IMG/VR virus record: IMGVR_UViG_3300023184_000047
Span: 1-34,056 of that record
Reading direction: 5' to 3' (one strand)
DNA: 34,056 bases
Source of the DNA: a virus
Lineage: Duplodnaviria > Heunggongvirae > Uroviricota > Caudoviricetes
The position numbers and the translations under genes are program-made. The number at the start of each line of letters is the position of its first letter. The first letter of the stretch is position 1. Shown in pieces: positions 14,003 to 23,719 of this stretch. The notes under the pieces are model-generated. The model saw only the letters and a list, made by a program, of their open reading frames with translations, was not told where the DNA came from and searched no databases.

Positions 14003-14812
14003 ATGAATCAAGTCGTAATAACACTTACCACTATCCCCTCTCGATTAATCCCTGAAGCTCTTGAACATGGAATTATAAGCAACATTAATTCATTGTTAAA
14101 TCAAGATTATGAAAATGAATATGAAATACATCTTAATGTACCTTCTATATTAAAACATACTGGTGAACCTTATATTATACCTGAAGAGATAAGAGAAATT
14201 GCAAATAATAATCCTAAATTTAAAATATTTGATAATCTAGAAGATTTAGGTCCTGTTACTAAATTAGCTCATACCTTAAAACGTATAACCAATCCCGAAA
14301 CAATTATAATTGTATGCGATGATGATCTAATCTACCATCCAGGTATGATAGCAGAACAAGTAAACAATCAACATAAATATCCTAATACCGCTGTAGGGTA
14401 TGATGGTTGTGGTGCCTTAGATCCTACTGTATTTGACGATGTAAGAAATCACTACGTAGTATCAATATTTAAAGATATAGAAGTAAATATGCTACAACAT
14501 TATAAAACTATATCATACAGACGTAGATTTTTTGAAGATGACTTCTTTACAGATTTTGCTCCTCACTCTTGGAATGATGATATAGCAGTATCAGCATATA
14601 TGGGTAAACAAGGGATTAAAAAATTAGTTACTCATTATACACATGAAGAGCCTTTATATACTATTGAAGAATGGAGAGCAAAAGGTGGTGTTACTACATT
14701 TCCTGTACTAGGACATACTTCTCATATTCGTGAAGAAGGATGTACATTGTATAGAGATAACCAAATAGATGACAATTACATGTACTTTCATAGAGCAGGA
14801 TATATAAGATAA
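14003..14812 (+). CDS. GT-A fold glycosyltransferase
   Basis: ITLTTIPSR, DLGPVTKL, IIVCDDD, NDD. Confidence 0.75.
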   Translation: MNQVVITLTTIPSRLIPEALEHGIISNINSLLNQDYENEYEIHLNVPSILKHTGEPYIIPEEIREIANNNPKFKIFDNLEDLGPVTKLAHTLKRITNPETIIIVCDDDLIYHPGMIAEQVNNQHKYPNTAVGYDGCGALDPTVFDDVRNHYVVSIFKDIEVNMLQHYKTISYRRRFFEDDFFTDFAPHSWNDDIAVSAYMGKQGIKKLVTHYTHEEPLYTIEEWRAKGGVTTFPVLGHTSHIREEGCTLYRDNQIDDNYMYFHRAGYIR

Positions 14813-14820
14813 TATATAAA

Positions 14821-16647
14821 ATGGGTATAATTATAAAAACAGAAGATACTGCTTTTAATTTAGAAAATATTAAATCTCAATTAAATAATCTAAACGCAGA
14901 TGAAAAAAATACTTTAATAGAGTATTTGTCTACTTCACAGTTAAACATAACAAATAATGATATAACATTAGTTACTGGACTTTGGGATATAGGTCGAGTA
15001 GGTAGAGATTTTAATCATTATATTGAACATTTTAAAAACTTCTTAGATATTCCTATGAAAATGTTTATATATGTTCCTAAAGATTTAGAGTATCTAGTTT
15101 GGGAAAAACGTTCCCGAGAAAATACACATGTTAGAATATTTGAATTAGAAGATATTAAAAATAACTTTTATGCTCCATTCTGGGATAAAACTCAAGAAAT
15201 TAGAACTAGCCCGGAATGGTTGGATCAAACTGGAGAACATGGGTGGTTACCTAATAGTCCTCAAGCATCCAATGAGTGGTATAATCCGATTGTGCAGTCA
15301 AAAATGTTTATGGTCCATGATGCTAAAGTTATGAATATATTTGATACTGACTATTTCTTATGGTTAGACGCGGGAATCAGCAATACAGTATATGACAAAT
15401 ATTTTAGTGATAATAAATGTTTAGATAAAATTACTCCATATTTAAGTACATTTTTATTTTTAAGTTATCCTTATCAAGCAAATGATGAAATCCATGGGTT
15501 TGATTTTAAAGCAATAAATAAATATGCTAGAGAAGAAGTAAAATATGTTTGTAGAGGTGGATTATTTGGAGGACATAAAGATTTCCTTTCCCAAGCCAAT
15601 GGAACCTACTACACATTACTCCAAGACACATTAAATTCAGGTTACATGGGTACTGAAGAGAGTATTTTTAGTATAATGGCACATTTAGAACCTCACATTT
15701 ATAGACGTTATGCTTTAGATGATAATGGTTTAATTGTAAAATTTATTCAAGCATTGTTAGATGATGAAGTAAAATTAGAAAATAGTAGTACCCGTGCTCA
15801 TGTTTTACCTAAAGGAACTTATACTCCACACAAAACCAAAACATCACTATATATGCTTACATTTAACTTCCCAGAACAAATAGAACATACTCTGAAAACA
15901 TGGGAAGAAAATTCAATGGATTGGCTTGAAAAACCCAGACTAATATTATTAGATAATTCAACGGATGAAGCTGCAAAAGAAGATAATAAATTAGTTGCTC
16001 ACCAATACGGGTTTGAATACATTTCATTAGAAGGAAACACAGGAATAAATGGTGGAAGATTATTTGCGGCTAAACATTTTGATGAATCTGATAGTGATTA
16101 TTATTTTTTCTTTGAAGACGATATGGGGTTAAACCCGGCAAGTGATTCGGGCTCATGTAGAAACGGATTTAAAAATCATATTCCTAATCTATATAGATAC
16201 GTTCATGAAATAATGGCTCGAGAAGATTTTGATTTTTTAAAATTATCATTTACAGAAGTATACATGGATAATAATATCCAAGTATCATGGTATAATGTAC
16301 CTCAAGAATTTAGAAGTTTCCTTTGGCCCGATTATGATCAACTACCAGTTTCTGGTCTAGACCCATATGCTCCGAGAACCAAATTTGATAAGATAGAAGT
16401 CTACAATGGGGTATCGTATATTTCGGGAGAAATTTATTATTGTAACTGGCCTATGATTGTAAGCAGAGCAGGTAATAAAAAAATGTTTTTAGATGTAGAA
16501 TGGGCACACCCATATGAACAAACATGGATGAGCTACATGTTCCAAGAAACAGTTAAAGGCAACATCAAACCAGCAGTATTATTAGCTTCTCCTGTATGGC
16601 ATAATAGAATAGTTTATTATAAACCTGAAGAAAGACGTGAGAATTAA
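14821..16647 (+). CDS. HtrL/YibB-like domain fused to a C-terminal GT-A-like domain
   Basis: TLVTGLWDIGR, QSKMFM, FLWLDAGI, GGLFGG, MGTEES; then LLDNS...GR...FFFEDD. Confidence 0.7.
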   Translation: MGIIIKTEDTAFNLENIKSQLNNLNADEKNTLIEYLSTSQLNITNNDITLVTGLWDIGRVGRDFNHYIEHFKNFLDIPMKMFIYVPKDLEYLVWEKRSRENTHVRIFELEDIKNNFYAPFWDKTQEIRTSPEWLDQTGEHGWLPNSPQASNEWYNPIVQSKMFMVHDAKVMNIFDTDYFLWLDAGISNTVYDKYFSDNKCLDKITPYLSTFLFLSYPYQANDEIHGFDFKAINKYAREEVKYVCRGGLFGGHKDFLSQANGTYYTLLQDTLNSGYMGTEESIFSIMAHLEPHIYRRYALDDNGLIVKFIQALLDDEVKLENSSTRAHVLPKGTYTPHKTKTSLYMLTFNFPEQIEHTLKTWEENSMDWLEKPRLILLDNSTDEAAKEDNKLVAHQYGFEYISLEGNTGINGGRLFAAKHFDESDSDYYFFFEDDMGLNPASDSGSCRNGFKNHIPNLYRYVHEIMAREDFDFLKLSFTEVYMDNNIQVSWYNVPQEFRSFLWPDYDQLPVSGLDPYAPRTKFDKIEVYNGVSYISGEIYYCNWPMIVSRAGNKKMFLDVEWAHPYEQTWMSYMFQETVKGNIKPAVLLASPVWHNRIVYYKPEERREN

Positions 16648-16674
16648 AGAAAGAAATCGTATATTTAAAAGGTT

Positions 16675-19260
16675 ATGTATCAAAGTATTTATTACAATAG
16701 AAGCGCAAAGCAATATCATTTAAGAGATGACAAGAAAGGATGGATTGAATTCCAATACCGTCCTACTTGTTATATTGCTAACGAAGGAGGTGAATATGAG
16801 ACCTTAGAAGGCTCTAGAGTAACTCCAACTAAACAGTATAGTTATAAAGATCCTAATGCTTATGAAAGCGATGTGGATAAATTTACACGGATCCTAGTAG
16901 ATACCTACTACGACTCAGATGACACACCATCTTATCAAAATATAGTTTATTTAGATATTGAGTGTGAAATAGCAGGAGCCCTTACCCAAGATAGTGTTCG
17001 AAACCCTCAAGGTAAAATAACTGCTATTGCTGTGTATGATAATAATTCTACAACTTACTACTGTTATATTTTAGATGAAGCGCAAGCTATGACTCCATCT
17101 GAAACAGAAGGCAGAAGCATTATACCCTGCCCATCAGAAAAAGACTTATTAGCTCGATTCCTCAATAAATGGGAAGAATTAGACCCAACAATAATATCAG
17201 GTTGGAACAGTGAATTCTTCGATATACCGTACTTATATCACCGAATGGCCAAGGTATTGGGAAAAGAAGAGGCCGCGCGTATATCGCCGTTAAATCAAGT
17301 AGATGACACCGAATTCTTAGGAGTTAAAACCACTACTATAGCAGGTTTAAACCATCTTGATTATATGTTATTATTTAAAAAATATGTAACAACTCAAGAA
17401 CCATCTTATGCTTTAGGTAATATAGGTGAAAAATATGTTAAATTAGGTAAACTTGAATATTTAGGATCTTTAGATAAGTTATTTAAAGATGATATTCAAA
17501 AATTTATAGATTACAACATTCGAGATGTTGAAATTATCATTGAACTAGAAAAGAAACTTAAATTTATTGATTTAACTGTTACGGTATGTCATTTATGTCA
17601 TGTCCCTTATGACCAGATTTACATGTCGACTATGTTAAATGAAGGTGCTATTTTAACTTATTTAAAACGTAAAGGAATAGTTTCACCAAACAAACCTACA
17701 ACATATAATCCTTCATTACGAGATATTAAAGAAGAATACGCTGGTGGTTATTTAAAAGATCCTACTCCGGGATTATATGAATGGGTTATTGATTTGGACT
17801 TTACATCACTATATCCATCAATTATCCGTTCATTAAACATAGGTATTGAAACTTTAGTAGGACGTATTGTAAATAGAGACAAATATGATAATCAATGGTC
17901 TCTTAAAGAACTTAAAACACTTAATCCTGAAACTGAAGTTACTATTGAACGAATTAATACTAATCGAGGAGTAGTTCGATCTACAGTAAAAATAGAAAAA
18001 CTAATTAATCTAATCGAACAAGAAAACTGGATTATATCAGCTCCTGGGGTTATATTTAGAAAAGATAAGGAAAGTGTAGTATGTGAAATATTAACAGATT
18101 GGTTTAATAAAAGAAGTGAATATAAGGCGTTAATGAAAGATGCCTTTAAAGTTAAAAAAGATCCAATATTAGGAGACTTTTATAATAGACGCCAACATGC
18201 TTATAAAATTAAATTAAATGACGTTTATGGGTGTTACGCTATTAATGGGTGGAGATACACTGACGGGCATAAATTTATATCTAAAGCCATTACTTTAACA
18301 GGACAACGCTTAATTCAAGAATCTATTAAACATGTGAATAAATGGATGAACAATCAAATCAATACAGAAGGTATTGATTACATTGTAACTTCAGATACTG
18401 ATTCACTTTTTATTCAAGTTAAAGATTTGTTAAGACAAAGATATCCTGACTTAGATTTAAACAATAGAGAAGAAACAGTTAAATATGTTTTAGAAATTGC
18501 TACAGAAGTGCAAAAAATAGCGAATGATAATTTGCATGGTTTAGTAGTTGAATTATTTAATCTACATGATAGAGAACATTATTTTGATTTAAAACAAGAA
18601 GTTGTACTTGAACGAGGTTATTTCGCTGGTAAAAGACGTTATGCTCAGTTTATAGTAAATAAGGAGGGAGTTCCTGTAGAAGAATTAGATATTAAGGGAT
18701 TAGATTTAATGAAATCAAATTTTCCACCTTATTTTAGAGATTTTTCAAAACAATTACTTCAAGACATTATGTTTGGTAAATCTAAACCTGAAATAGATAA
18801 ACAAATAATAACCTTTAGAGAGAGTATAGACACTGTAGATTGGAAACTTTTATTAAAACCTACTGGATTGAAAAATGTAAGTGAATATATTGCATCATCT
18901 CCTAGATCTGGTGAAATATTTTCCAAATTAGAATTAAAATGCCCTATCAATACTAAATCGGCTATATACTACAATGATTTACTTAGATTCAAAAAATTAG
19001 ATAAACAATACAATACATTCCAAATTGGAGATAAAATGTTTATTGCTTATTTAAAAGATAATCCTTATAAAATAGAAGTAATAGGTTTTAATGGATATAA
19101 CGATCCTCCCTTCATTACAGAGTTTATAGAAAAATACTTAGATAAAACTAAAATTTTTGATTCTGTTATAAAAAACAAATTAGAAACTATTTATGAGGAT
19201 TTAAAATGGGGTAAACCTATATTCAATAATAACATAAATAAATTCTTTAAATTTGGATAA
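16675..19260 (+). CDS. Family B DNA polymerase with 3'-5' exonuclease
   Basis: LDIEC, GWNSEFFDIPY, YNIRDV, DFTSLYPSII, KIKLNDVYG, DTDS, KRRYA. Confidence 0.96.
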   Translation: MYQSIYYNRSAKQYHLRDDKKGWIEFQYRPTCYIANEGGEYETLEGSRVTPTKQYSYKDPNAYESDVDKFTRILVDTYYDSDDTPSYQNIVYLDIECEIAGALTQDSVRNPQGKITAIAVYDNNSTTYYCYILDEAQAMTPSETEGRSIIPCPSEKDLLARFLNKWEELDPTIISGWNSEFFDIPYLYHRMAKVLGKEEAARISPLNQVDDTEFLGVKTTTIAGLNHLDYMLLFKKYVTTQEPSYALGNIGEKYVKLGKLEYLGSLDKLFKDDIQKFIDYNIRDVEIIIELEKKLKFIDLTVTVCHLCHVPYDQIYMSTMLNEGAILTYLKRKGIVSPNKPTTYNPSLRDIKEEYAGGYLKDPTPGLYEWVIDLDFTSLYPSIIRSLNIGIETLVGRIVNRDKYDNQWSLKELKTLNPETEVTIERINTNRGVVRSTVKIEKLINLIEQENWIISAPGVIFRKDKESVVCEILTDWFNKRSEYKALMKDAFKVKKDPILGDFYNRRQHAYKIKLNDVYGCYAINGWRYTDGHKFISKAITLTGQRLIQESIKHVNKWMNNQINTEGIDYIVTSDTDSLFIQVKDLLRQRYPDLDLNNREETVKYVLEIATEVQKIANDNLHGLVVELFNLHDREHYFDLKQEVVLERGYFAGKRRYAQFIVNKEGVPVEELDIKGLDLMKSNFPPYFRDFSKQLLQDIMFGKSKPEIDKQIITFRESIDTVDWKLLLKPTGLKNVSEYIASSPRSGEIFSKLELKCPINTKSAIYYNDLLRFKKLDKQYNTFQIGDKMFIAYLKDNPYKIEVIGFNGYNDPPFITEFIEKYLDKTKIFDSVIKNKLETIYEDLKWGKPIFNNNINKFFKFG

Positions 19261-19287
19261 CCAAAAAACCATTATTATATTTACAAT

Positions 19288-20028
19288 ATGATTAAAAAAT
19301 TAGACTTAGTAGAAAATATTGAAAAATACTACCTTGGTGGTATTGTTGAAGGTGTTAAATGGAATATATCCAATAAAAAACTTCATATTAACTTTGTATC
19401 TCCTCATCAAGACTTAGTAGGTCATATTGAGTGTGATGTTGATTTAACTGATGGAATATTAGGAATATTCAACACTAGTGCTTTATTAAAATTGTTAAGT
19501 ATTTTAGATATGGATATTCTAATTACTGTTGAACAACAATTTAAAACACCCGTAAAACTATTGATTGAAGATTCTAATTTTTCACTTCAATACTCATTAG
19601 CTGATCCTTACGTTATTGCTCCCTCCCCTTCAATAGATGAACCGGAGTATGAAACTACATTTATTATTGATGCTGAATTTATAACTAGATTTTCTAAAGC
19701 AAAGAGTGCATTAGGATCAAATACTAAAGACATATGCCGACTATCTAATACAGTACATGAAGATGGAAACAAACAAATAAAATTTGTATTAGGAGAACCA
19801 ACATCACATTCTAATAAAATAGAATTTACTTGTGATGCTTCATATGAAACAAACCATTCTAATATCCTCCCCTTTAATTCAGCACATATTAAAGAAATTC
19901 TTAATGCTAATAAAAATGATATTACCGAAGCTAAGGGATCAATCAGTATGAAAGGACTGCTTAAACTAGAATTTACTACAGAAACCGGAAAATCAATTTA
20001 TTACTTACCTGAATTAAGAACTACATAA
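19288..20028 (+). CDS. Sliding clamp (T4 gp45/PCNA-like)
   Basis: 246 aa; GIFNTSALLKLLS segment; lies between polB and the clamp loader. Confidence 0.7.
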   Translation: MIKKLDLVENIEKYYLGGIVEGVKWNISNKKLHINFVSPHQDLVGHIECDVDLTDGILGIFNTSALLKLLSILDMDILITVEQQFKTPVKLLIEDSNFSLQYSLADPYVIAPSPSIDEPEYETTFIIDAEFITRFSKAKSALGSNTKDICRLSNTVHEDGNKQIKFVLGEPTSHSNKIEFTCDASYETNHSNILPFNSAHIKEILNANKNDITEAKGSISMKGLLKLEFTTETGKSIYYLPELRTT

Positions 20029-20237
20029 TGGAACAGATAATTAGAGTAAATGATGATTTATTTTTAATAAAAAGAACAACTAATGAATTATATGAACGTT
20101 TTGCAAGTTTATGGAATGAAACATCTATAAACCATAAAACATTTAAAAAAGATGGCCGAATGTACTTCTGTGAACTTATAGAAGAGGCCCAAATTATAGA
20201 AGATAATATTAACCAAAAACAAGAAAACAATGATTAA
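20028..20237 (+). CDS. Hypothetical protein, 69 aa
   Basis: ORF track; TAATG coupling. Confidence 0.6.
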   Translation: MEQIIRVNDDLFLIKRTTNELYERFASLWNETSINHKTFKKDGRMYFCELIEEAQIIEDNINQKQENND

Positions 20238-20526
20238 AGCAGTATGGGATGCCATAATTGTACAGGCAGACGAAAAAAATGATCGTATGCATGGAAAATT
20301 TATTATTCCCGATTTAACGCAAGAAAAAGCAATAATTGGAACAATTATTGACGTAGGACCAGGAAAATGGAATGCAGCTGGAACTGAAAGAGTTCCTATG
20401 TCTTTTAAAGTAGGAGACAGAGTATTACTACCTCAAGTAGGATTAACTAAATTAGAATGGGACGGAATAGAATACTTAGCAACATCTGAGGCTACAGTAT
20501 TAGGATTAATTGAAGAACAAAACTAA
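20230..20526 (+). CDS. groES: Co-chaperonin GroES
   Basis: GKFIIPD mobile loop, IIDVGPG, FKVGDRVL. Confidence 0.9.
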   Translation: MIKAVWDAIIVQADEKNDRMHGKFIIPDLTQEKAIIGTIIDVGPGKWNAAGTERVPMSFKVGDRVLLPQVGLTKLEWDGIEYLATSEATVLGLIEEQN

Positions 20527-20528
20527 AT

Positions 20529-22160
20529 ATGAAAACAGCCTTTAATCAAGACGCTAAAGAGAAATTAGCAAAGGGTATTAAAACCGTAGCAGACGCTGTA
20601 GGTTCTACCTTAGGTCCATATGGACGAAATGTATTATTCCTTGACGAATATGGGAGTGTACGTAGTACAAAAGATGGTGTAACTGTAGCTAAAGAGCTTA
20701 AAAAACTTGAAGACCCTATTGAAAATATGGGAGCACAAACAGTAAAACAAGCATCTATTAAAACTGCTGATAAAGCAGGAGACGGTACTACTACATCAAC
20801 TGTATTAGCTAATGAATTAATTCAAAAAGCATTTAATAGTATCAACGCCAATACTAATGTTGTATTAGTAAAAAAAGGTATTGAAGCAGGAGCTGCTGAA
20901 GTATTAACAGGTTTAAAACAAATTAAACGTGAAATTACTTCTCCGGAGCAAATTAAGCAAGTAGCCACTATCTCTGCTAACAACGACGACGAAATTGGAG
21001 CATTAGTTGCTGAAGCTATGGAATTAGTAGGACAAGATGGTGTTGTAACTGTTGAAGAATCTAAAACAGGAGAAACATCATTAGAAACAGTTGAAGGTAT
21101 TCAATTTGACAGAGGATATAAATCAATGTACTTTGTAACAGATAACAATTCAATGTCCGCCACATTACAAGACCCAGTAATCTTAATTTATAATGGGCGT
21201 TTAGTATCAGTTAAAGAATTACTTCCAATTCTTGAAGGTGCTTCTCAAACAGATAGTTCATTGTTAATCATTGCTGAAGACATTGATGGTGAAGCTTTAT
21301 CTACGTTAATCGTAAATAAAATGAGAGGTATGTTAAAAGTAGTAGCGGTTAAAGCTCCTGACTTTGGAGATAGACGTGCTGCCGTTTTAGAAGATATTGC
21401 TACTGTAACGGGTGGAACTGTAGTGTCACCTGAAAAAGGTATGAAATTAGATAGATTTAATTCTGATTGGTTTGGTACTTCTAGAGTTGTAACTGTAACT
21501 AAAGATACTACTACAATTGTAGATGGTAGAGGTGAAGAAACTGCTGTTCAAGAACGTGTAGGTGAATTAAAAGAACACATAGGAAAAGCCACCTCAGCAT
21601 TTGAAAAAGAACATTTACAAGAACGTTTAGGTAAATTAGTAGGTGGTGTAGCTGTAATCAATATTGGTGGTGCTACTGAAACTGAAATTAAAGAGAAAAA
21701 AGATCGTATCGATGATGCTCTTCAAGCAACAAAAGCTGCTTTAGAAGAAGGATTATTACCTGGTGGCGGTATTGCTTTGTTAGAAGCTAGAGAAGGAATT
21801 ACTCAAAATAAAACAGACGGAGGTGACTTTAACTTAGGTAAAAGAATTGCTCATGCTGCTTGTGGAGCTCCATTCTTAAAAATTCTTACAAATGCTGGTA
21901 TTGAAACTACAAGTGAAATTATTTTCGCTCTTCGTAAAGCTAGAGAGGATAACCCAGAAAAAGGTCGTACATTTGGATATGATATAAAAACAGAAACAGT
22001 AACAGATATGTTTGAAGCTGGTATTATAGATCCAATGAAAGTAGTACGCACAGCGTTAGCAAATGCTGTATCCGTTGCCGGAACTATACTGTTAACAGAG
22101 TGTGTAATTTATGATGAACCTAAAAAAGATAAAGATGATCAACAACAGCTTATGGGTTGA
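20529..22160 (+). CDS. groEL: Chaperonin GroEL
   Basis: TLGPYGRNV, TKDGVTVAKE, AGDGTTT, EGIQFDRGY, KAPDFG, GGVAVINIG, GIIDPMKV. Confidence 0.97.
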   Translation: MKTAFNQDAKEKLAKGIKTVADAVGSTLGPYGRNVLFLDEYGSVRSTKDGVTVAKELKKLEDPIENMGAQTVKQASIKTADKAGDGTTTSTVLANELIQKAFNSINANTNVVLVKKGIEAGAAEVLTGLKQIKREITSPEQIKQVATISANNDDEIGALVAEAMELVGQDGVVTVEESKTGETSLETVEGIQFDRGYKSMYFVTDNNSMSATLQDPVILIYNGRLVSVKELLPILEGASQTDSSLLIIAEDIDGEALSTLIVNKMRGMLKVVAVKAPDFGDRRAAVLEDIATVTGGTVVSPEKGMKLDRFNSDWFGTSRVVTVTKDTTTIVDGRGEETAVQERVGELKEHIGKATSAFEKEHLQERLGKLVGGVAVINIGGATETEIKEKKDRIDDALQATKAALEEGLLPGGGIALLEAREGITQNKTDGGDFNLGKRIAHAACGAPFLKILTNAGIETTSEIIFALRKAREDNPEKGRTFGYDIKTETVTDMFEAGIIDPMKVVRTALANAVSVAGTILLTECVIYDEPKKDKDDQQQLMG

Positions 22161-23046
22161 GAAATATAGATCACAAACTTTAGAACAATACGTTGGAAAT
22201 GAGGGTATAAAAGCCTTCATTTCTAAGTGTATTACTAATAATGATATCCCTCACCTATTATTTTATGGTAAAGCAGGTACAGGTAAAACTACCTTAGCTA
22301 AACTAATTACTAAAAATATTAAATGTGATTTGATGTATATTAATGCATCTGATGAGAGAGGTATAGATACTATTAGAGAAAAGATTGTTGATTTTGCTTC
22401 TGTAAATAGTTTTAATCCTATAAAAATTGTTATTCTAGATGAAGCTGATTATATTACGCCTCAAGCACAAGCTGCTTTGCGTAATGTTATGGAAACCTAT
22501 TCTGATAAAACTAGATTTATATTAACCGCAAACTATGCTGAGCGTATAATTGATCCGTTAAAAAGTAGATGTCAAACATTTCACATTGAACCACCTACAA
22601 AAGGGGAAGTAGCTAAACATGTAGCGGGTATTCTAGACCAGGAAGAAGTAACATATGAACTACCTATATTAGCGGGTATAATCAAAACATACTACCCAGA
22701 TATTAGAAAAATCATCAATGTTGCTCAACAATCTATAGATGATAACAACACATTAAATCCTGGAGCATTAATTGCTAATGTAGAAGATGTATTAAATACC
22801 ATTATACTGTTATTAAAAGCACGACCTAAAAGTGTTTGGACAGATATACGACAAGCAATAGTCGATGAAGATATCAACGATTTTATACCGTTATTTACAG
22901 GGTTATATGAGCGAGCAACAGAATATACTTCATCTCCTCCTGATGTAGTAATACATTCAGCTCAATACATGTGGCAAAACAATTCAATAGCTGATAAAGA
23001 ATTAAATTTTATGGCTTTTATATCTCAAATATTAAAAATTAAATAA
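22135..23046 (+). CDS. Clamp loader AAA+ ATPase (T4 gp44 / RFC-like); probable start 22135
   Basis: LWVEKYR, GKAGTGKTT, INASDERGID, LDEAD, SRC. Confidence 0.92.
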   Translation: MINNSLWVEKYRSQTLEQYVGNEGIKAFISKCITNNDIPHLLFYGKAGTGKTTLAKLITKNIKCDLMYINASDERGIDTIREKIVDFASVNSFNPIKIVILDEADYITPQAQAALRNVMETYSDKTRFILTANYAERIIDPLKSRCQTFHIEPPTKGEVAKHVAGILDQEEVTYELPILAGIIKTYYPDIRKIINVAQQSIDDNNTLNPGALIANVEDVLNTIILLLKARPKSVWTDIRQAIVDEDINDFIPLFTGLYERATEYTSSPPDVVIHSAQYMWQNNSIADKELNFMAFISQILKIK

Positions 23047-23048
23047 AA

Positions 23049-23267
23049 ATGAATCAAAAAGAATTAAACATGAATGTGGCTTTGAAAGACACAACAGCTA
23101 TTGCCTGCGAAGAATGTGGACATAATGTATTTCAAGAAGGAGTATTACTTCGTAAAATATCTAGATTTGTAACAGGAACCGCTCAAGATGCTCTTATGCC
23201 TATCCCAGTATTTTCATGTTCTAAATGTGGACATGTAAACGAAGAATTTATGCCTAAAGATAAATAA
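23049..23267 (+). CDS. Zn-ribbon protein
   Basis: CEECG ... CSKCG, 72 aa. Confidence 0.75.
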   Translation: MNQKELNMNVALKDTTAIACEECGHNVFQEGVLLRKISRFVTGTAQDALMPIPVFSCSKCGHVNEEFMPKDK

Positions 23268-23269
23268 AA

Positions 23270-23719
23270 ATGACAATATTTGATTGGATGAAACAGGTAA
23301 CCTATATAAGGGACCCATGGCATACCTTTAGTGATGAAGATAAAGAAAGTTTTAATACCTACATGCTTCACAAAGTTATATCAATGCATGAACCTTATAT
23401 TGAATTAGCTAATTATTTACAAAAGCTATGGTTATTAACACCTGAGCAAATTTATAATATATATTGCGGTTATTTACCTGAAAATAAAATATTTGCTAAA
23501 TACATTAAATCAAGTAAAATTAAAGTAAATAATGATCTAGTTAATATATTAGCTAATCATTATCAAGTATCAACAAGGGAGATAAAATCTTATCTACACA
23601 TATTAAGTGAAGATGAAATAAAAAATGTCTTAATTAGTAGAGGAATAAATGATGATGAAATACAAAAACTATTAAATGAAAAAGGTACCAAAGCATCTAA
23701 AACCTCTACTGGAGTATAA
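23270..23719 (+). CDS. Probable clamp loader small subunit (T4 gp62-like)
   Basis: FNTYMLHKVISM...ELANYLQ...KIFAKYIK pattern; next to the gp44-like gene. Confidence 0.6.
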   Translation: MTIFDWMKQVTYIRDPWHTFSDEDKESFNTYMLHKVISMHEPYIELANYLQKLWLLTPEQIYNIYCGYLPENKIFAKYIKSSKIKVNNDLVNILANHYQVSTREIKSYLHILSEDEIKNVLISRGINDDEIQKLLNEKGTKASKTSTGV

